Source: Rhodospirillales bacterium (GTDB lineage Bacteria; Pseudomonadota; Alphaproteobacteria; Rhodospirillales; GLO-3). Taken from it: a stretch of 64,000 nt of DNA. A program made the translations under genes and the position numbers. Location: positions 7,743 through 71,742 of the forward strand of contig PIVK01000006.1 in assembly GCA_003354135.1 (NCBI GenBank), read 5' to 3'. This document shows, one piece after another, positions 31,083-39,866 of the stretch (its first letter is position 1; every line of letters begins with the position of its first letter). Below the pieces are notes generated by a model, which did not search any database, was not told where the DNA came from, and saw only the letters and a list, made by a program, of their open reading frames with translations.

Positions 31083-31318
31083 GGCGTTTCCCCTTCGAAG
31101 GCGGCGAGAACGGATTCGGGAAGGGGGGCGTCGAAATCATCTGCAATCACCAAGCCCGTCTCCCATCCGCCCGGCTTGCGCTTTGGTGGGGCAAGGGGCA
31201 CGAGGCGGGCCATCGGTTTCCGCCCCTTGGCAATGATAATCTCCTCTCCTGCCGCCGCTTCGGTGACCAAGGTCGAGAGATGTGTTTTCGCATCGTAGAG
31301 TTTGACGGTCTTCGTCAT
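31079..31318 (-). CDS. vapB: type II antitoxin (Phd/YefM-type)
   Basis: ATG 31318: MTKTVKLYDAKTHLSTLVTEAAAGEEIIIAKGRKPMARLVP is the classic Phd/YefM-like antitoxin N-terminus. Overlaps vapC by 4 nt. Confidence 0.8.
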   Translation of the reverse strand: MTKTVKLYDAKTHLSTLVTEAAAGEEIIIAKGRKPMARLVPLAPPKRKPGGWETGLVIADDFDAPLPESVLAAFEGETP

Positions 31319-31575
31319 AACAACCTCGCTTAACCAACTTGACCAAATTGTACTGAGCTTGGTTAAGTTGGTCAATTGCGAAATTTAGGGTTTCCCCCCC
31401 CTGCCGGGCTCCTTTTATGTGTTTGTGTCAGTGCACTCGCACCGAAATGGCTGTCAGATAGCCGTAACTCAAAGCGGGGCATGGACACCCCGCTTTCTTG
31501 TGTGTGTCTTACGCAAAGCTCCTTGACTCCAGTCTGAATGTTGTGTAAGATATACACACCCTCACAGAGGAAGTT

Positions 31576-31767
31576 ATGATCAGCAGTCGGGAAGCCATTA
31601 AGAAGATCAAAAAGGATGGATGGTTTTAGGTCGGCACCACCGGGGACCACCACCACTTCAAACACCCGACCAAGCCCGGCAAGGTCACCATTCCCCACCC
31701 GAATAAGGATTTGACCATCAGGACAATTCGGAGCATCGAAAAACAAAGCGGGGTCCGGCTCCGATAA
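31576..31767 (+). pseudogene. hicA: hicA toxin gene with in-frame amber codon at codon 18
   Basis: RBS GAGGAAG then ATG 31576: MISSREAIKKIKKDGWF-TAG(31627-31629)-VGTTGDHHHFKHPTKPGKVTIPHPNKDLTIRTIRSIEKQSGVRLR*. Apart from the stop, this is a full HicA (DGW.., G.HH.FKHP, PHP.KDL). Confidence 0.75.
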
Positions 31768-31803
31768 GAGAGCCCCCCCGTTGCAAGACAGGAGACTTCC
31801 AGC

Positions 31804-32196
31804 ATGCACCGCTACTATCCAGCCACCGTGGACCGCGAAGGCAGCGTCTTCGGTATCACCTTCCCCGACTTCCCGGGCTGCGTTTCCTCGGGGGCTTGCG
31901 CGGAAGACGCCATTGAAGCGGGGCACGAAGCCCTGTCCGGGCACGTGGCCGCGATGGCCTCGGACGGTGACACCATCCCCGACCCCACCCCGGTGGAACA
32001 GGTCACCTGGGAAGAGGATGAAGGCGTGATCTGCGTCACCTTGGTGCCGGTCAACCTGCCCGGCCGCGCCGTGCGGCTGAATATCTCCATGGAGGAAAGT
32101 CTGGTGGAAGCCATCGACGCGGCGGCTGGGCGCGGCAAGCGTTCCGCCTTCCTGGCCGAAGCGGCCAAGGCCGAATTGGCACGCAGGCACGCCTGA
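31804..32196 (+). CDS. hicB: HicB family antitoxin with C-terminal RHH/CopG-like domain
   Basis: MHRYYPATVDREGSVFGITFPDFPGCVSSG...AIEAGHEAL (HicB RNase-H-like fold) plus a C-terminal LNISMEESLVEAIDAAAGRGKRSAFL. Confidence 0.85.
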   Translation: MHRYYPATVDREGSVFGITFPDFPGCVSSGACAEDAIEAGHEALSGHVAAMASDGDTIPDPTPVEQVTWEEDEGVICVTLVPVNLPGRAVRLNISMEESLVEAIDAAAGRGKRSAFLAEAAKAELARRHA

Positions 32197-32319
32197 CCGC
32201 CTTGGCTGCCGCGTCCAGGGTGACCGTGCGTGCACGGATGGTAATCGTCGTCACCCAGGCACCGCGTGTTCGTAAACCACCCGCGCCACACCGCACCGAA
32301 ATGGCTGTCAGGCCGCCGC

Positions 32320-33987
32320 CTATTTTTTGGCGGCGTTGATCCCTGCCTCTGGATTGTCCAGGCCCAGCTTGTACTCCAAGGAGACATGGTGGAACCGGGC
32401 GAACGAATAGTCGTCATGGATGGCGAAGCCCAAGGTGTAGACATTGCCGGCCTCGATGTTGACGAACCCGGGGCTCCCCATGTTCAACGGGCGGGTCATG
32501 GTGACCACCCATTGGCCGTCCCGGAGACCGCCCTCGTACTTGATCTTTTCCGACGGTGCCAGGACACGTTGGTCAAGGACGTACCCCGCCTCGGATTTGC
32601 CCGACGACAGCCAGCGCGACAAATCCATAAAGGTGCCGGCCGCCTTCATGGCGTCGATGTCGGCCGCCGGCTTAAGCTTATCCCAACCGCCGCGCGGCCC
32701 TTCATTGCCGCGGATCTCCAACTCGGTCCGGCTGTCCACGGTGTACTTGGTGATGCCGTGCGAGACGTCGAGACGGCTCGCCGCGTCGCCCGCCGCAGCT
32801 TTGGGGTGGTCCGGCATGTAACGCGAGTCGTGATGACAGGTCACCCAGCAGCCGGCGTAAGAGGCATGTTCAGACTTGTCGTCGTCGATCATCACCGCCA
32901 GCTTGGACTGGTTCTCCGGGTCCATCTTTCCGCCATCAACGAACGGCGCCGGGGTATGGGCCGTATCCGGCCACCGGAAGTGCATGTACAGGTTGGCCCC
33001 GTCGTGCGCCGCCTTCACGTTGACCGCGAAACCGGGGCGCTTGTCCGGGATTACGAACGCCGGGTCCTCGGCCTTGGAACCGTCGACGATCTTGGCGCCC
33101 ATTTCGATCTGCTCACCCTCATGGCACTCGGCGCAGGGATCCTGGATCTTCTTGAGCGCCCGCGCGCCACCGTGATCGGAGCCCTTGAACACCCACTCGA
33201 AGGATGTCTGCCCGGGGAAGAAGACCGGGATATCCTTGCCCTCAACGCTCGCCCAATCGACGCCCGTGCTGTCGGTGCCCGCGCTGACCGGGGCCTCCGA
33301 AACCGCCGGGGCCTCCGCAACCTTGGTAGGCTGTTGCACGAACTTGGCCATTTCGGCACCCGGATCTTCGACCACCGGCAGGGCACGGTCATCGGCTTGG
33401 CCGTCGTAGGGGTCTTCTTCGTCGGCCAGCAGTTTGTGGATCGGCCGGTGGGCGATTCCCTTGTGACAATCAATGCAGGTCAGGCCGTCTTTTTTGGCAT
33501 CGGTGTGCTGCTTCCAGGCCCTGCGCTTTTGGCGCTTGTCCGTCATCGCCCGCCAGGCATGGCAGTTGCGGCATTCGCGAGAGTCCGTATCCTTCATCGC
33601 CTTCCAGACCTTTTTGGCCATGGTCAGGCGTTTGGCTTCGAATTCTTCCAGGGTGTCCACGGTGCCGAGCATCCAGTACCACAGTTCCTTCGTCGCCTGG
33701 ATCTTGCGCACGAACTTATGCACCCAGGGCCGGGGAACATGGCAGTCGGAGCAAATGGCCCGGACGCCGGAGCGGTTCTGATAGTGAACCGTCTGCTGGT
33801 ACTCCGGATAGACAGCCTGGTCCATCTCGTGGCACGAGACGCAGAATTCCAGGGTGTTGGTCGCTTCCATTGCGGTGTTGTAGGCCCCCCAGAACAGGAT
33901 GCCGACAACGAAGAACACCGCAGCAGAGCCAAGAGGCGCCCCTAGAATCTTGCTCTTCAGCAGATGGCCGAATGTACCCTCTTTCAT
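32320..33987 (-). CDS. nirT: NapC/NirT-type tetraheme cytochrome c fused to a C-terminal domain with a fifth CxxCH and an EB_dh/DMSO-reductase-gamma-like heme domain
   Basis: ATG 33987 (MKEGTFGHLL...), one N-terminal TM helix, CVSCH, CSDCH, CRNCH, CIDCHKGIAH (NapC/NirT layout). Then a linker, CAECH, and ...VKAAHDGANLYMHFRWPD...AVMIDDD...CWVTCHHD. Sits immediately downstream of nirS. Confidence 0.85.
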   Translation of the reverse strand: MKEGTFGHLLKSKILGAPLGSAAVFFVVGILFWGAYNTAMEATNTLEFCVSCHEMDQAVYPEYQQTVHYQNRSGVRAICSDCHVPRPWVHKFVRKIQATKELWYWMLGTVDTLEEFEAKRLTMAKKVWKAMKDTDSRECRNCHAWRAMTDKRQKRRAWKQHTDAKKDGLTCIDCHKGIAHRPIHKLLADEEDPYDGQADDRALPVVEDPGAEMAKFVQQPTKVAEAPAVSEAPVSAGTDSTGVDWASVEGKDIPVFFPGQTSFEWVFKGSDHGGARALKKIQDPCAECHEGEQIEMGAKIVDGSKAEDPAFVIPDKRPGFAVNVKAAHDGANLYMHFRWPDTAHTPAPFVDGGKMDPENQSKLAVMIDDDKSEHASYAGCWVTCHHDSRYMPDHPKAAAGDAASRLDVSHGITKYTVDSRTELEIRGNEGPRGGWDKLKPAADIDAMKAAGTFMDLSRWLSSGKSEAGYVLDQRVLAPSEKIKYEGGLRDGQWVVTMTRPLNMGSPGFVNIEAGNVYTLGFAIHDDYSFARFHHVSLEYKLGLDNPEAGINAAKK

Positions 33988-34146
33988 AACAACGAGCCCT
34001 CTACCAGATAGTTTGCCGAATGTTGTTTTTCGTTGCGCCGCCAACAACGGCCAAAGGTTCGATTAGATCCAATGAACACCTGCCGCGAACCGAAAAGAGG
34101 CGGGCATCGGGGATGCCCGCCTCTGTATTTCGGTGACACCACAATA

Positions 34147-35754
34147 TCAGGTGATGTGGTGCTTCCGGTTGTAGACGTTGAACTTGCCCGTCGGGGTCTC
34201 GAGGTTCTTGATGCGAGCCTTCTCTTCGAGAGTCTTCGAGTCGTAAATCACGATCTCGCCCTTCGACCAGTTTTTCTTGCCGCCACGGACCCAGACCGAA
34301 ATCCAAACCTCGGTGCCGTCCTTGTTGAACTCCTCGTGCACGGCCACGGCCTTTTCGGTCTTGGTCGGACGCAGAGTCTTCACGATCTTGCCGGTCTTTT
34401 TGTCGAGAACCTTGATCGACTGCTGGACGGCAGGCTCCGGGTGCTTCGTCTGGTCGGCGAAGACATACGGCGAGTTCGGGTGCGTCCGGATGAACAGGCC
34501 CGCGCCGTCGGTCGGGGTCTTGTAGCAGACCTTCCAAGCCTTGCCGGCGTTACCCTTGGGATCGTTGCCCCATGTGGTGATCATGCCCTCGCCGAGGTGC
34601 ACGGTGCCACCGACCGGGCCACACTTCGGATCGATCCAGTTGGCGCCCGGACCCGGGTGCGGCTTCTTGCCGGTCTCGATCGAGGCGACGAACTTACGAT
34701 CGACGGAGTCCATAATCTCGATACGGTTCGAGGCGTTGGCGGCGATCTGGAAGTAACGCAGCGTCGGATCGAAGAACCCGTCGTGCAGGAACTTGTGGCT
34801 GTTGATCATCTCGATACGCAGATTTTGAAGATCACTGTAGTCCACCTGCCAGAGCTGACCGAGTTCCTTCACCGCGACGATCCAGGTCGGAGCGTTCGGG
34901 GTGTTGTAGACAGCGGCCACGCGGGCCTCGTTGACATAAACGCCGTCAACGTTCACGCCTCGGGTCGAGACGACCTTCAGCGGGGCCATGGTCTTGGCGT
35001 CGAGGATCACGAAGTGCGGCGGCCAGTAACCGCCGCCGATGACGTACTTGTCTTTCCACTTGCCGTACTGGGCGACAGCCACGTCACGGGCGTCCGAGGC
35101 GACCTGCGTCTCGGCGACAACGGCCGGCGGATCCATCCAAAGGTCGATCTTGGTCATCTTGCCGTCACGGCCCATGGTGTACCAGAAGCGACCGCTCGAC
35201 GATTCCTTCATCACATGCACGGCGTAGCCGGTGTCGATCTTGGCGATGGTCTCTTTCTTGTCGCCGTCGATCACGCCGGCCATACCCGCGTCACGCAGGA
35301 TGACGATGAAGAAGTTCTCCCAGTTGCGGCCATGCATCGGCTTCGTCGGATACTTATCCGGCGCGATCTTGACGACATGGCGCTTTTTCATGGTGGCCAG
35401 ATCCATCTCGGCCGGCGGCGGTGCCGGCATCTGGATGTAGGTCGACATCTTGCGAATCTGGTCCTTGGTGAACAGATCGTCGAAGTTGTTCATACCACCT
35501 TCGGTACCAAGGGTGATGATCTTCTCCAGACGCTTTTGACCCAATTTCCTGGTGCTCTTCGGCTCGAGGCCCTTGCCAGTAGCTCCCTTACGCAGCACAC
35601 CGTGACAACCGGCGCAACGCTGGAAATAAAGGGTCTTGGCTTCCTCGAAGTCCGCTTCCGAAAGACTTGGCTCCGCTGCGGTGGCGGGGGTGGTGCCCAT
35701 GGAAAGGCTGGCCACCAGGCCGAGCACGGAGGCGGTGAGTGCGATTTTCCTCAT
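34147..35754 (-). CDS. nirS: cytochrome cd1 nitrite reductase
   Basis: 535 aa with signal peptide, heme c site CAGCHGVLRKGATGK, and full-length d1 beta-propeller similarity. Confidence 0.95.
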   Translation of the reverse strand: MRKIALTASVLGLVASLSMGTTPATAAEPSLSEADFEEAKTLYFQRCAGCHGVLRKGATGKGLEPKSTRKLGQKRLEKIITLGTEGGMNNFDDLFTKDQIRKMSTYIQMPAPPPAEMDLATMKKRHVVKIAPDKYPTKPMHGRNWENFFIVILRDAGMAGVIDGDKKETIAKIDTGYAVHVMKESSSGRFWYTMGRDGKMTKIDLWMDPPAVVAETQVASDARDVAVAQYGKWKDKYVIGGGYWPPHFVILDAKTMAPLKVVSTRGVNVDGVYVNEARVAAVYNTPNAPTWIVAVKELGQLWQVDYSDLQNLRIEMINSHKFLHDGFFDPTLRYFQIAANASNRIEIMDSVDRKFVASIETGKKPHPGPGANWIDPKCGPVGGTVHLGEGMITTWGNDPKGNAGKAWKVCYKTPTDGAGLFIRTHPNSPYVFADQTKHPEPAVQQSIKVLDKKTGKIVKTLRPTKTEKAVAVHEEFNKDGTEVWISVWVRGGKKNWSKGEIVIYDSKTLEEKARIKNLETPTGKFNVYNRKHHIT

Positions 35755-36002
35755 CGTTAGCTCCCAGTTTGTTGCCGTTGTTCCGAGACAACAATTTCCC
35801 GAAACGGTTTACCTGGCTCCCGGGGGGCATAAATGCAAGTCCACCGAGCAGCCGACTATGCCGGAAATGTTCACGAGAGCATCCCTAGAATCCCCGCCCC
35901 CGACACGCTTTTCACTTTATCCCCAGAAACTGCAAAAGCCAACTGTTGAATCCGTGAATTCCGCCTAGATCCATGAATTCCACATCAAATATTTGATGTA
36001 GA

Positions 36003-36016
36003 TCAAACGCGACCGG
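36003..36016. promoter_or_regulatory. FNR/Dnr/NnrR-type box (perfect TTGAT-N4-ATCAA)
   Basis: TTGATgtagATCAA in the nirS/nirC divergent intergenic region. Its left half also belongs to the 16-bp palindrome catcaaatatttgatg (35993-36008). Confidence 0.7.
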
Positions 36017-36033
36017 CGAAGGCTTGATCTTGG

Positions 36034-36047
36034 TCAAATTTCCTGAT
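36034..36047. promoter_or_regulatory. second FNR-type box (TTGAT-N4-GTCAA)
   Basis: TTGATcttgGTCAA, 31 bp centre-to-centre from the first box. Confidence 0.6.
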
Positions 36048-36363
36048 TGGAGAACCCGGTCGAGCAATTCGAAACCCCCTGTCATGCAGGCCAAAAATCA
36101 CCATCCCTTCGCCCGAAGCCCTCGGTCATATCGCCTAAAAATCTTATGAAACCAAGCCGATAATCCTGTTTCGCCACTTCCGGCGGCGTCCGCTCGGCGG
36201 GGGCTCGAATCGGCAACTTGCAGCGAGGGGGTGGCTCCCGGTGAGGAATCGTGCTTCATTATGCGCAACTTCAATACATCGTGGCGGAATGAAGGCGGCG
36301 GCCCCGAGAACCAGGAAAGTGCCGATCCCACCGCTTCCGATCCGAAAGAGGAGTATTCCGCCA

Positions 36364-36687
36364 GTGCGTAGGCTCCTTCTGATCGCAGCGTTCCTTGCCG
36401 CTTCCCTGCCTGCCACGGCCCGCACGGAGGTCGAACAGGCGCGCCAGGAAGAACTCCGTTACCTGCTCAAACACGACTGCGGGTCGTGCCACGGGATGAC
36501 TTTAAAGGGCGGCCTGGGCAAACCGCTGGGCACCGAACTTCTGAACCAGCGGACCGACCTGGATTTGGTGACGGCGATTCTCGACGGCATGCCGGGCACC
36601 CCCATGCCGCCCTGGCGCCCGCTGCTCACGCCCGAGGAAGCCCATTTTCTGGTCCGCGTGCTGCGCGAGGAAGCTCCGGGGCGCTGA
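36364..36687 (+). CDS. nirC: monoheme cytochrome c55X (NirC)
   Basis: GTG 36364 lies 10 nt after AGAGGAG: (M)RRLLLIAAFLAASLPATA signal peptide, then CGSCHG. First gene of the nirC-N operon. The track ORF starts upstream at 36241. Confidence 0.8.
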   Translation: MRRLLLIAAFLAASLPATARTEVEQARQEELRYLLKHDCGSCHGMTLKGGLGKPLGTELLNQRTDLDLVTAILDGMPGTPMPPWRPLLTPEEAHFLVRVLREEAPGR

Positions 36688-36748
36688 GACCTCCGGGACG
36701 CGAAAACGTCATTGATATGGTCAAAGGGCAGACAACGAGGGGAACCAC

Positions 36749-37945
36749 ATGACAGGCCGTCTTCGCGCGATACACCCCAATCCTATCCACCTCCTGGCCC
36801 TGACCTTTCTGCTGGCCGGCCTCGCCGCGTGCGTTCCGCTCCGGGCCACCGGCGATCTCGGCATCATCGTCGAAAGAGCCGACGGATCGCTGCTCGTCGT
36901 CAACACCACCCGCCACGAGAAACTGGCCCGCATCACGGGACTGGGCAACCTTAGCCATGCCTCGGCTGTCTACTCTCGGGACGAAAGGTACGCATACGTC
37001 TTCGGACGCGACGGCGGGCTGACCAAGGTCGACATGCTGAGCGGGTCCATCGCAAAAAGGGTCATCCAGAGTGGGAATGCCATCGGTGGCGCCATCAGCC
37101 AGGACGGAACCCTGGTCGCGGTCTCCAACTACAAGCCGGGCGGTGTAAGAATCTTCGACGCCGAGACCTTGGACATGGTCGCCGACATTCCGGCAAAGGG
37201 TCCCGATGGCACGGCTTCGAAGACCGTCGGCCTGGTTGACGCCCCGGGTCAGAAATTCGTCGTCAGCCTGTACGACGCCGGCGAGATTTGGGTCATCGAC
37301 ATGAGCAACCGCGCACGAGCCGTCGTCACCACGTTCGGCGACATCGGCACCCTACCCTACGATGCGCTCATCACACCGGACGGGCGTTATTACATCGCGG
37401 GGCTCTTCGGCGAGGACGGCATGGCCATGCTGGACCTTTGGAACCTGGACAAGGGTGTGCGACGGGTGCTCGACGGCTACGGCCGCGGAGAAAAGAAGAT
37501 GCCCGTTTACAAGATGCCGCATCTGGAAGGCTGGGCCATCGCCGGCAACGAGGCGTTTGTCCCCGCGGTGGGGCGCCACGAGGTCCTGGTGATCGACCTC
37601 AACACCTGGAAAGAAGTGGGGCGCATCCCCGTGCACGGCCAGCCGGTCTTCGTCATGGCCCGGCCGGACGGGCGTCAGGTGTGGGTCAATTTCGCCCTGC
37701 CCCGCAACGACACGCTGCAGATCATCGACACCCAGTCGCGCGCGATCACAAAGGAACTGAAACCCGGCAAGGGCGTCCTGCACATGGAGTTCGCCCCGCG
37801 CGGCCACCAGGTCTGGATCAGCGTGCGCGACAAGGACAAAGTGGTGGTCTACGACACCGAGACCTTCGAAACGCTGTCCGAGATGCCGGCCTTGAAGCCC
37901 AGCGGCATCTTTTTCACCCCGCGGGCCCACCGGACCGGGCTGTAG
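36749..37945 (+). CDS. nirF: heme d1 biosynthesis protein NirF (cd1-like beta-propeller, lipoprotein)
   Basis: 398 aa, lipobox LLAGLAAC, propeller similarity to the NirS/NirN d1 domain without a heme c motif. Sits in the position between nirC and nirD. Confidence 0.88.
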   Translation: MTGRLRAIHPNPIHLLALTFLLAGLAACVPLRATGDLGIIVERADGSLLVVNTTRHEKLARITGLGNLSHASAVYSRDERYAYVFGRDGGLTKVDMLSGSIAKRVIQSGNAIGGAISQDGTLVAVSNYKPGGVRIFDAETLDMVADIPAKGPDGTASKTVGLVDAPGQKFVVSLYDAGEIWVIDMSNRARAVVTTFGDIGTLPYDALITPDGRYYIAGLFGEDGMAMLDLWNLDKGVRRVLDGYGRGEKKMPVYKMPHLEGWAIAGNEAFVPAVGRHEVLVIDLNTWKEVGRIPVHGQPVFVMARPDGRQVWVNFALPRNDTLQIIDTQSRAITKELKPGKGVLHMEFAPRGHQVWISVRDKDKVVVYDTETFETLSEMPALKPSGIFFTPRAHRTGL

Positions 37946-37951
37946 ACGGCA

Positions 37952-38401
37952 ATGACCGATTTCGAGCGGCGGCTGTTGAACGAGTTCCAGCGGGACCTTC
38001 CGCTGACCCCACGCCCCTTCGCGGCCATCGCGGAGAAACTGGACTGCGAGGAATCCACCGTCATCGAAACCCTTGAGCGATTGACCGCCGACGGCACGGT
38101 GAGCCGGGTCGGCGCCGTCTTCAAGCCGGGCGGCGTCGGCGAGAGCACGCTGGCCGCGATGGCGGTGCCGCCGGAACGCCTGGAAGAGATCGCCGAACTG
38201 ATCAACGGCTTCGACGAGGTCAATCACAACTACGAACGCGAGCACCGGCTGAACTTGTGGTTCGTGCTCTGTGCGCCGGACCGGGCACGCATTGACAAGG
38301 CGATTGCCGAGATCGAGGCGCGGACCGGACTCACGGTCCTCGACTTGCCGATGATCGAGGACTACCACCTGGACCTGGGGTTCCCCATTCAATGGGACTG
38401 A
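37952..38401 (+). CDS. nirD: siroheme decarboxylase subunit NirD (AsnC/Lrp-like)
   Basis: One of four consecutive paralogous ~150-aa AsnC-like ORFs (RLLNEFQRDLPLTPRPFAAIA...NHNYERE...NLWFVL). Named by order. Confidence 0.8.
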   Translation: MTDFERRLLNEFQRDLPLTPRPFAAIAEKLDCEESTVIETLERLTADGTVSRVGAVFKPGGVGESTLAAMAVPPERLEEIAELINGFDEVNHNYEREHRLNLWFVLCAPDRARIDKAIAEIEARTGLTVLDLPMIEDYHLDLGFPIQWD

Positions 38402-38892
38402 CGGACAAGGACCGCCGGCTGATCACGGCCATCGGCAAGGGCCTGCCCCTGGTGCCCGAGCCCTATGCCGAGATCGGACGCCAAATCGGCATGACCGGGG
38501 ACGAAGTCATCCGGTCACTGGAGCGCATGCTGGACGCGGGACTGATCAAACGCCTCGGCATCGTGGTCCGGCATCACGAGTTGGGCTACCGTTCCAACGC
38601 CATGGTGGTCTGGAACATTCCCGACAATGAGGTGGCGGAGGTCGGACGCCGGGTTTCCGCCTTCGGCTTCGTGACCTTATGCTACCAGCGCCCGCGGCGT
38701 TTGCCGGACTGGCCCTACAACCTCTTCTGCATGGTGCACGGGCGCGAACGCGTACGGGTGCTGGAGCAAGTGGAACACTTGGCCGAAGCCTGCGGCCTGG
38801 AAGGCGTGGAACGGGATGTCCTGTTCAGCGCCCGGCGCTTCAAGCAGCGCGGCGCCACGTACTGTCTGAAATCCACGGAGTCCGCCGCATGA
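38392..38892 (+). CDS. nirL: siroheme decarboxylase subunit NirL
   Basis: Paralogue (RRLITAIGKGLPLVPEPYAEIG...CYQRPRRLPDWPYNLFCMVHG). Overlaps nirD by 10 nt. Confidence 0.8.
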   Translation: MGLTDKDRRLITAIGKGLPLVPEPYAEIGRQIGMTGDEVIRSLERMLDAGLIKRLGIVVRHHELGYRSNAMVVWNIPDNEVAEVGRRVSAFGFVTLCYQRPRRLPDWPYNLFCMVHGRERVRVLEQVEHLAEACGLEGVERDVLFSARRFKQRGATYCLKSTESAA

Positions 38893-39362
38893 GGGGCGGG
38901 AAGACGGGCGAAGTCCGGCTTGACGACACGGACCGGCGGATTATCAACACGTATCAGGGCGGCTTTCCCGTTTCGCCGGAGCCCTTCAAGGATGCCGCCC
39001 GCGCTCTTGGCCTGGAAGAAGAAGACTTCATGGAACGCATCCGGCGCATGCTGGATCAAGGGATACTCACCCGCTTCGGCCCCATGTACCACGCCGAAAA
39101 ACTTGGCGGAGGCCTGACCTTGGCCGCCATCAAGGTGCCCGAGGACCGCTTCGAGGAGGTCAACACCATCGTCAATGCCTTGCCCGAGGTCGCGCACAAT
39201 TATGCCCGCGAACACGCGCTTAACATGTGGTTCGTGCTGGCCACCGAGACCCCGGAAGGAATCGCGGAGGCCATAGAGCGGATCGAGGTGGCAACGGGCC
39301 TCCCCGTCTACAATATGCCCAAGAAGAAGGAATTCTTCATCGGACTCAGGTTCGAAGCATGA
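38889..39362 (+). CDS. nirG: siroheme decarboxylase subunit NirG
   Basis: ATG 38889 overlaps the nirL stop (ATGA). RRIINTYQGGFPVSPEPFKDAA...AHNYAREHALNMWFVL. Confidence 0.8.
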   Translation: MRGGKTGEVRLDDTDRRIINTYQGGFPVSPEPFKDAARALGLEEEDFMERIRRMLDQGILTRFGPMYHAEKLGGGLTLAAIKVPEDRFEEVNTIVNALPEVAHNYAREHALNMWFVLATETPEGIAEAIERIEVATGLPVYNMPKKKEFFIGLRFEA

Positions 39363-39838
39363 GTATCGACGCGTTGGATCGCGCCATCATCAAGGCGACG
39401 CAAGAGGGGCTGCCCCTGGTGGCACGCCCCTATGACGCCGTCGCCGAACAGGTCGGCACCAGCGCGGCCGAGGTCATGGCCCGCATGAGAAGCATGCTCG
39501 AAGACGGCATCATCCGGCGCATTGGCTGCGTGCCCAACCACTACGCGCTGGGATACAAGGCCAACGGCATGACGGTGTGGGACGTCCCCGACTCGCGCGT
39601 CGATGCCATCGGCGGGAAAATGGGAGCATTGGACTTCGTCAGCCACTGTTATCACCGCCCGCGCCACCTTCCCGAATGGCCCTACAACCTGTTCGCCATG
39701 GTCCATGCGCGCAACCATGAGACCGTGGACGCGCGGGTCGAGGAAATGGCGGCTTCGCTCGGAGAGGATGACCACGGCCACCGGGTGCTGTACAGTACCC
39801 GCATCCTGAAAAAGACCGGCCTGCGGATCGGCGGCTGA
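39359..39838 (+). CDS. nirH: siroheme decarboxylase subunit NirH
   Basis: ATG 39359 overlaps the nirG stop (ATGA). RAIIKATQEGLPLVARPYDAVA...CYHRPRHLPEWPYNLFAMVHA. Confidence 0.8.
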   Translation: MSIDALDRAIIKATQEGLPLVARPYDAVAEQVGTSAAEVMARMRSMLEDGIIRRIGCVPNHYALGYKANGMTVWDVPDSRVDAIGGKMGALDFVSHCYHRPRHLPEWPYNLFAMVHARNHETVDARVEEMAASLGEDDHGHRVLYSTRILKKTGLRIGG

Positions 39839-39866
39839 CCGGCGATAAGACTGCGAAAAACCGCTT

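Noticed and set aside
32266-35760. Two very long plus-strand ORFs (559 and 575 aa) across the nirT-fusion and nirS region.
   Set aside because: They are antisense to genes with clear heme-binding motifs and signal peptides. Their own translations are low-complexity (R/G/D/V/L-rich) and lack any motif.
36241-36363. The upstream extension of nirC (track start 36241, or ATG 36289).
   Set aside because: The extension is basic, proline-rich and lacks a signal sequence. GTG 36364 has a strong AGAGGAG RBS and immediately encodes a Sec signal peptide, as expected for a periplasmic c-type cytochrome.
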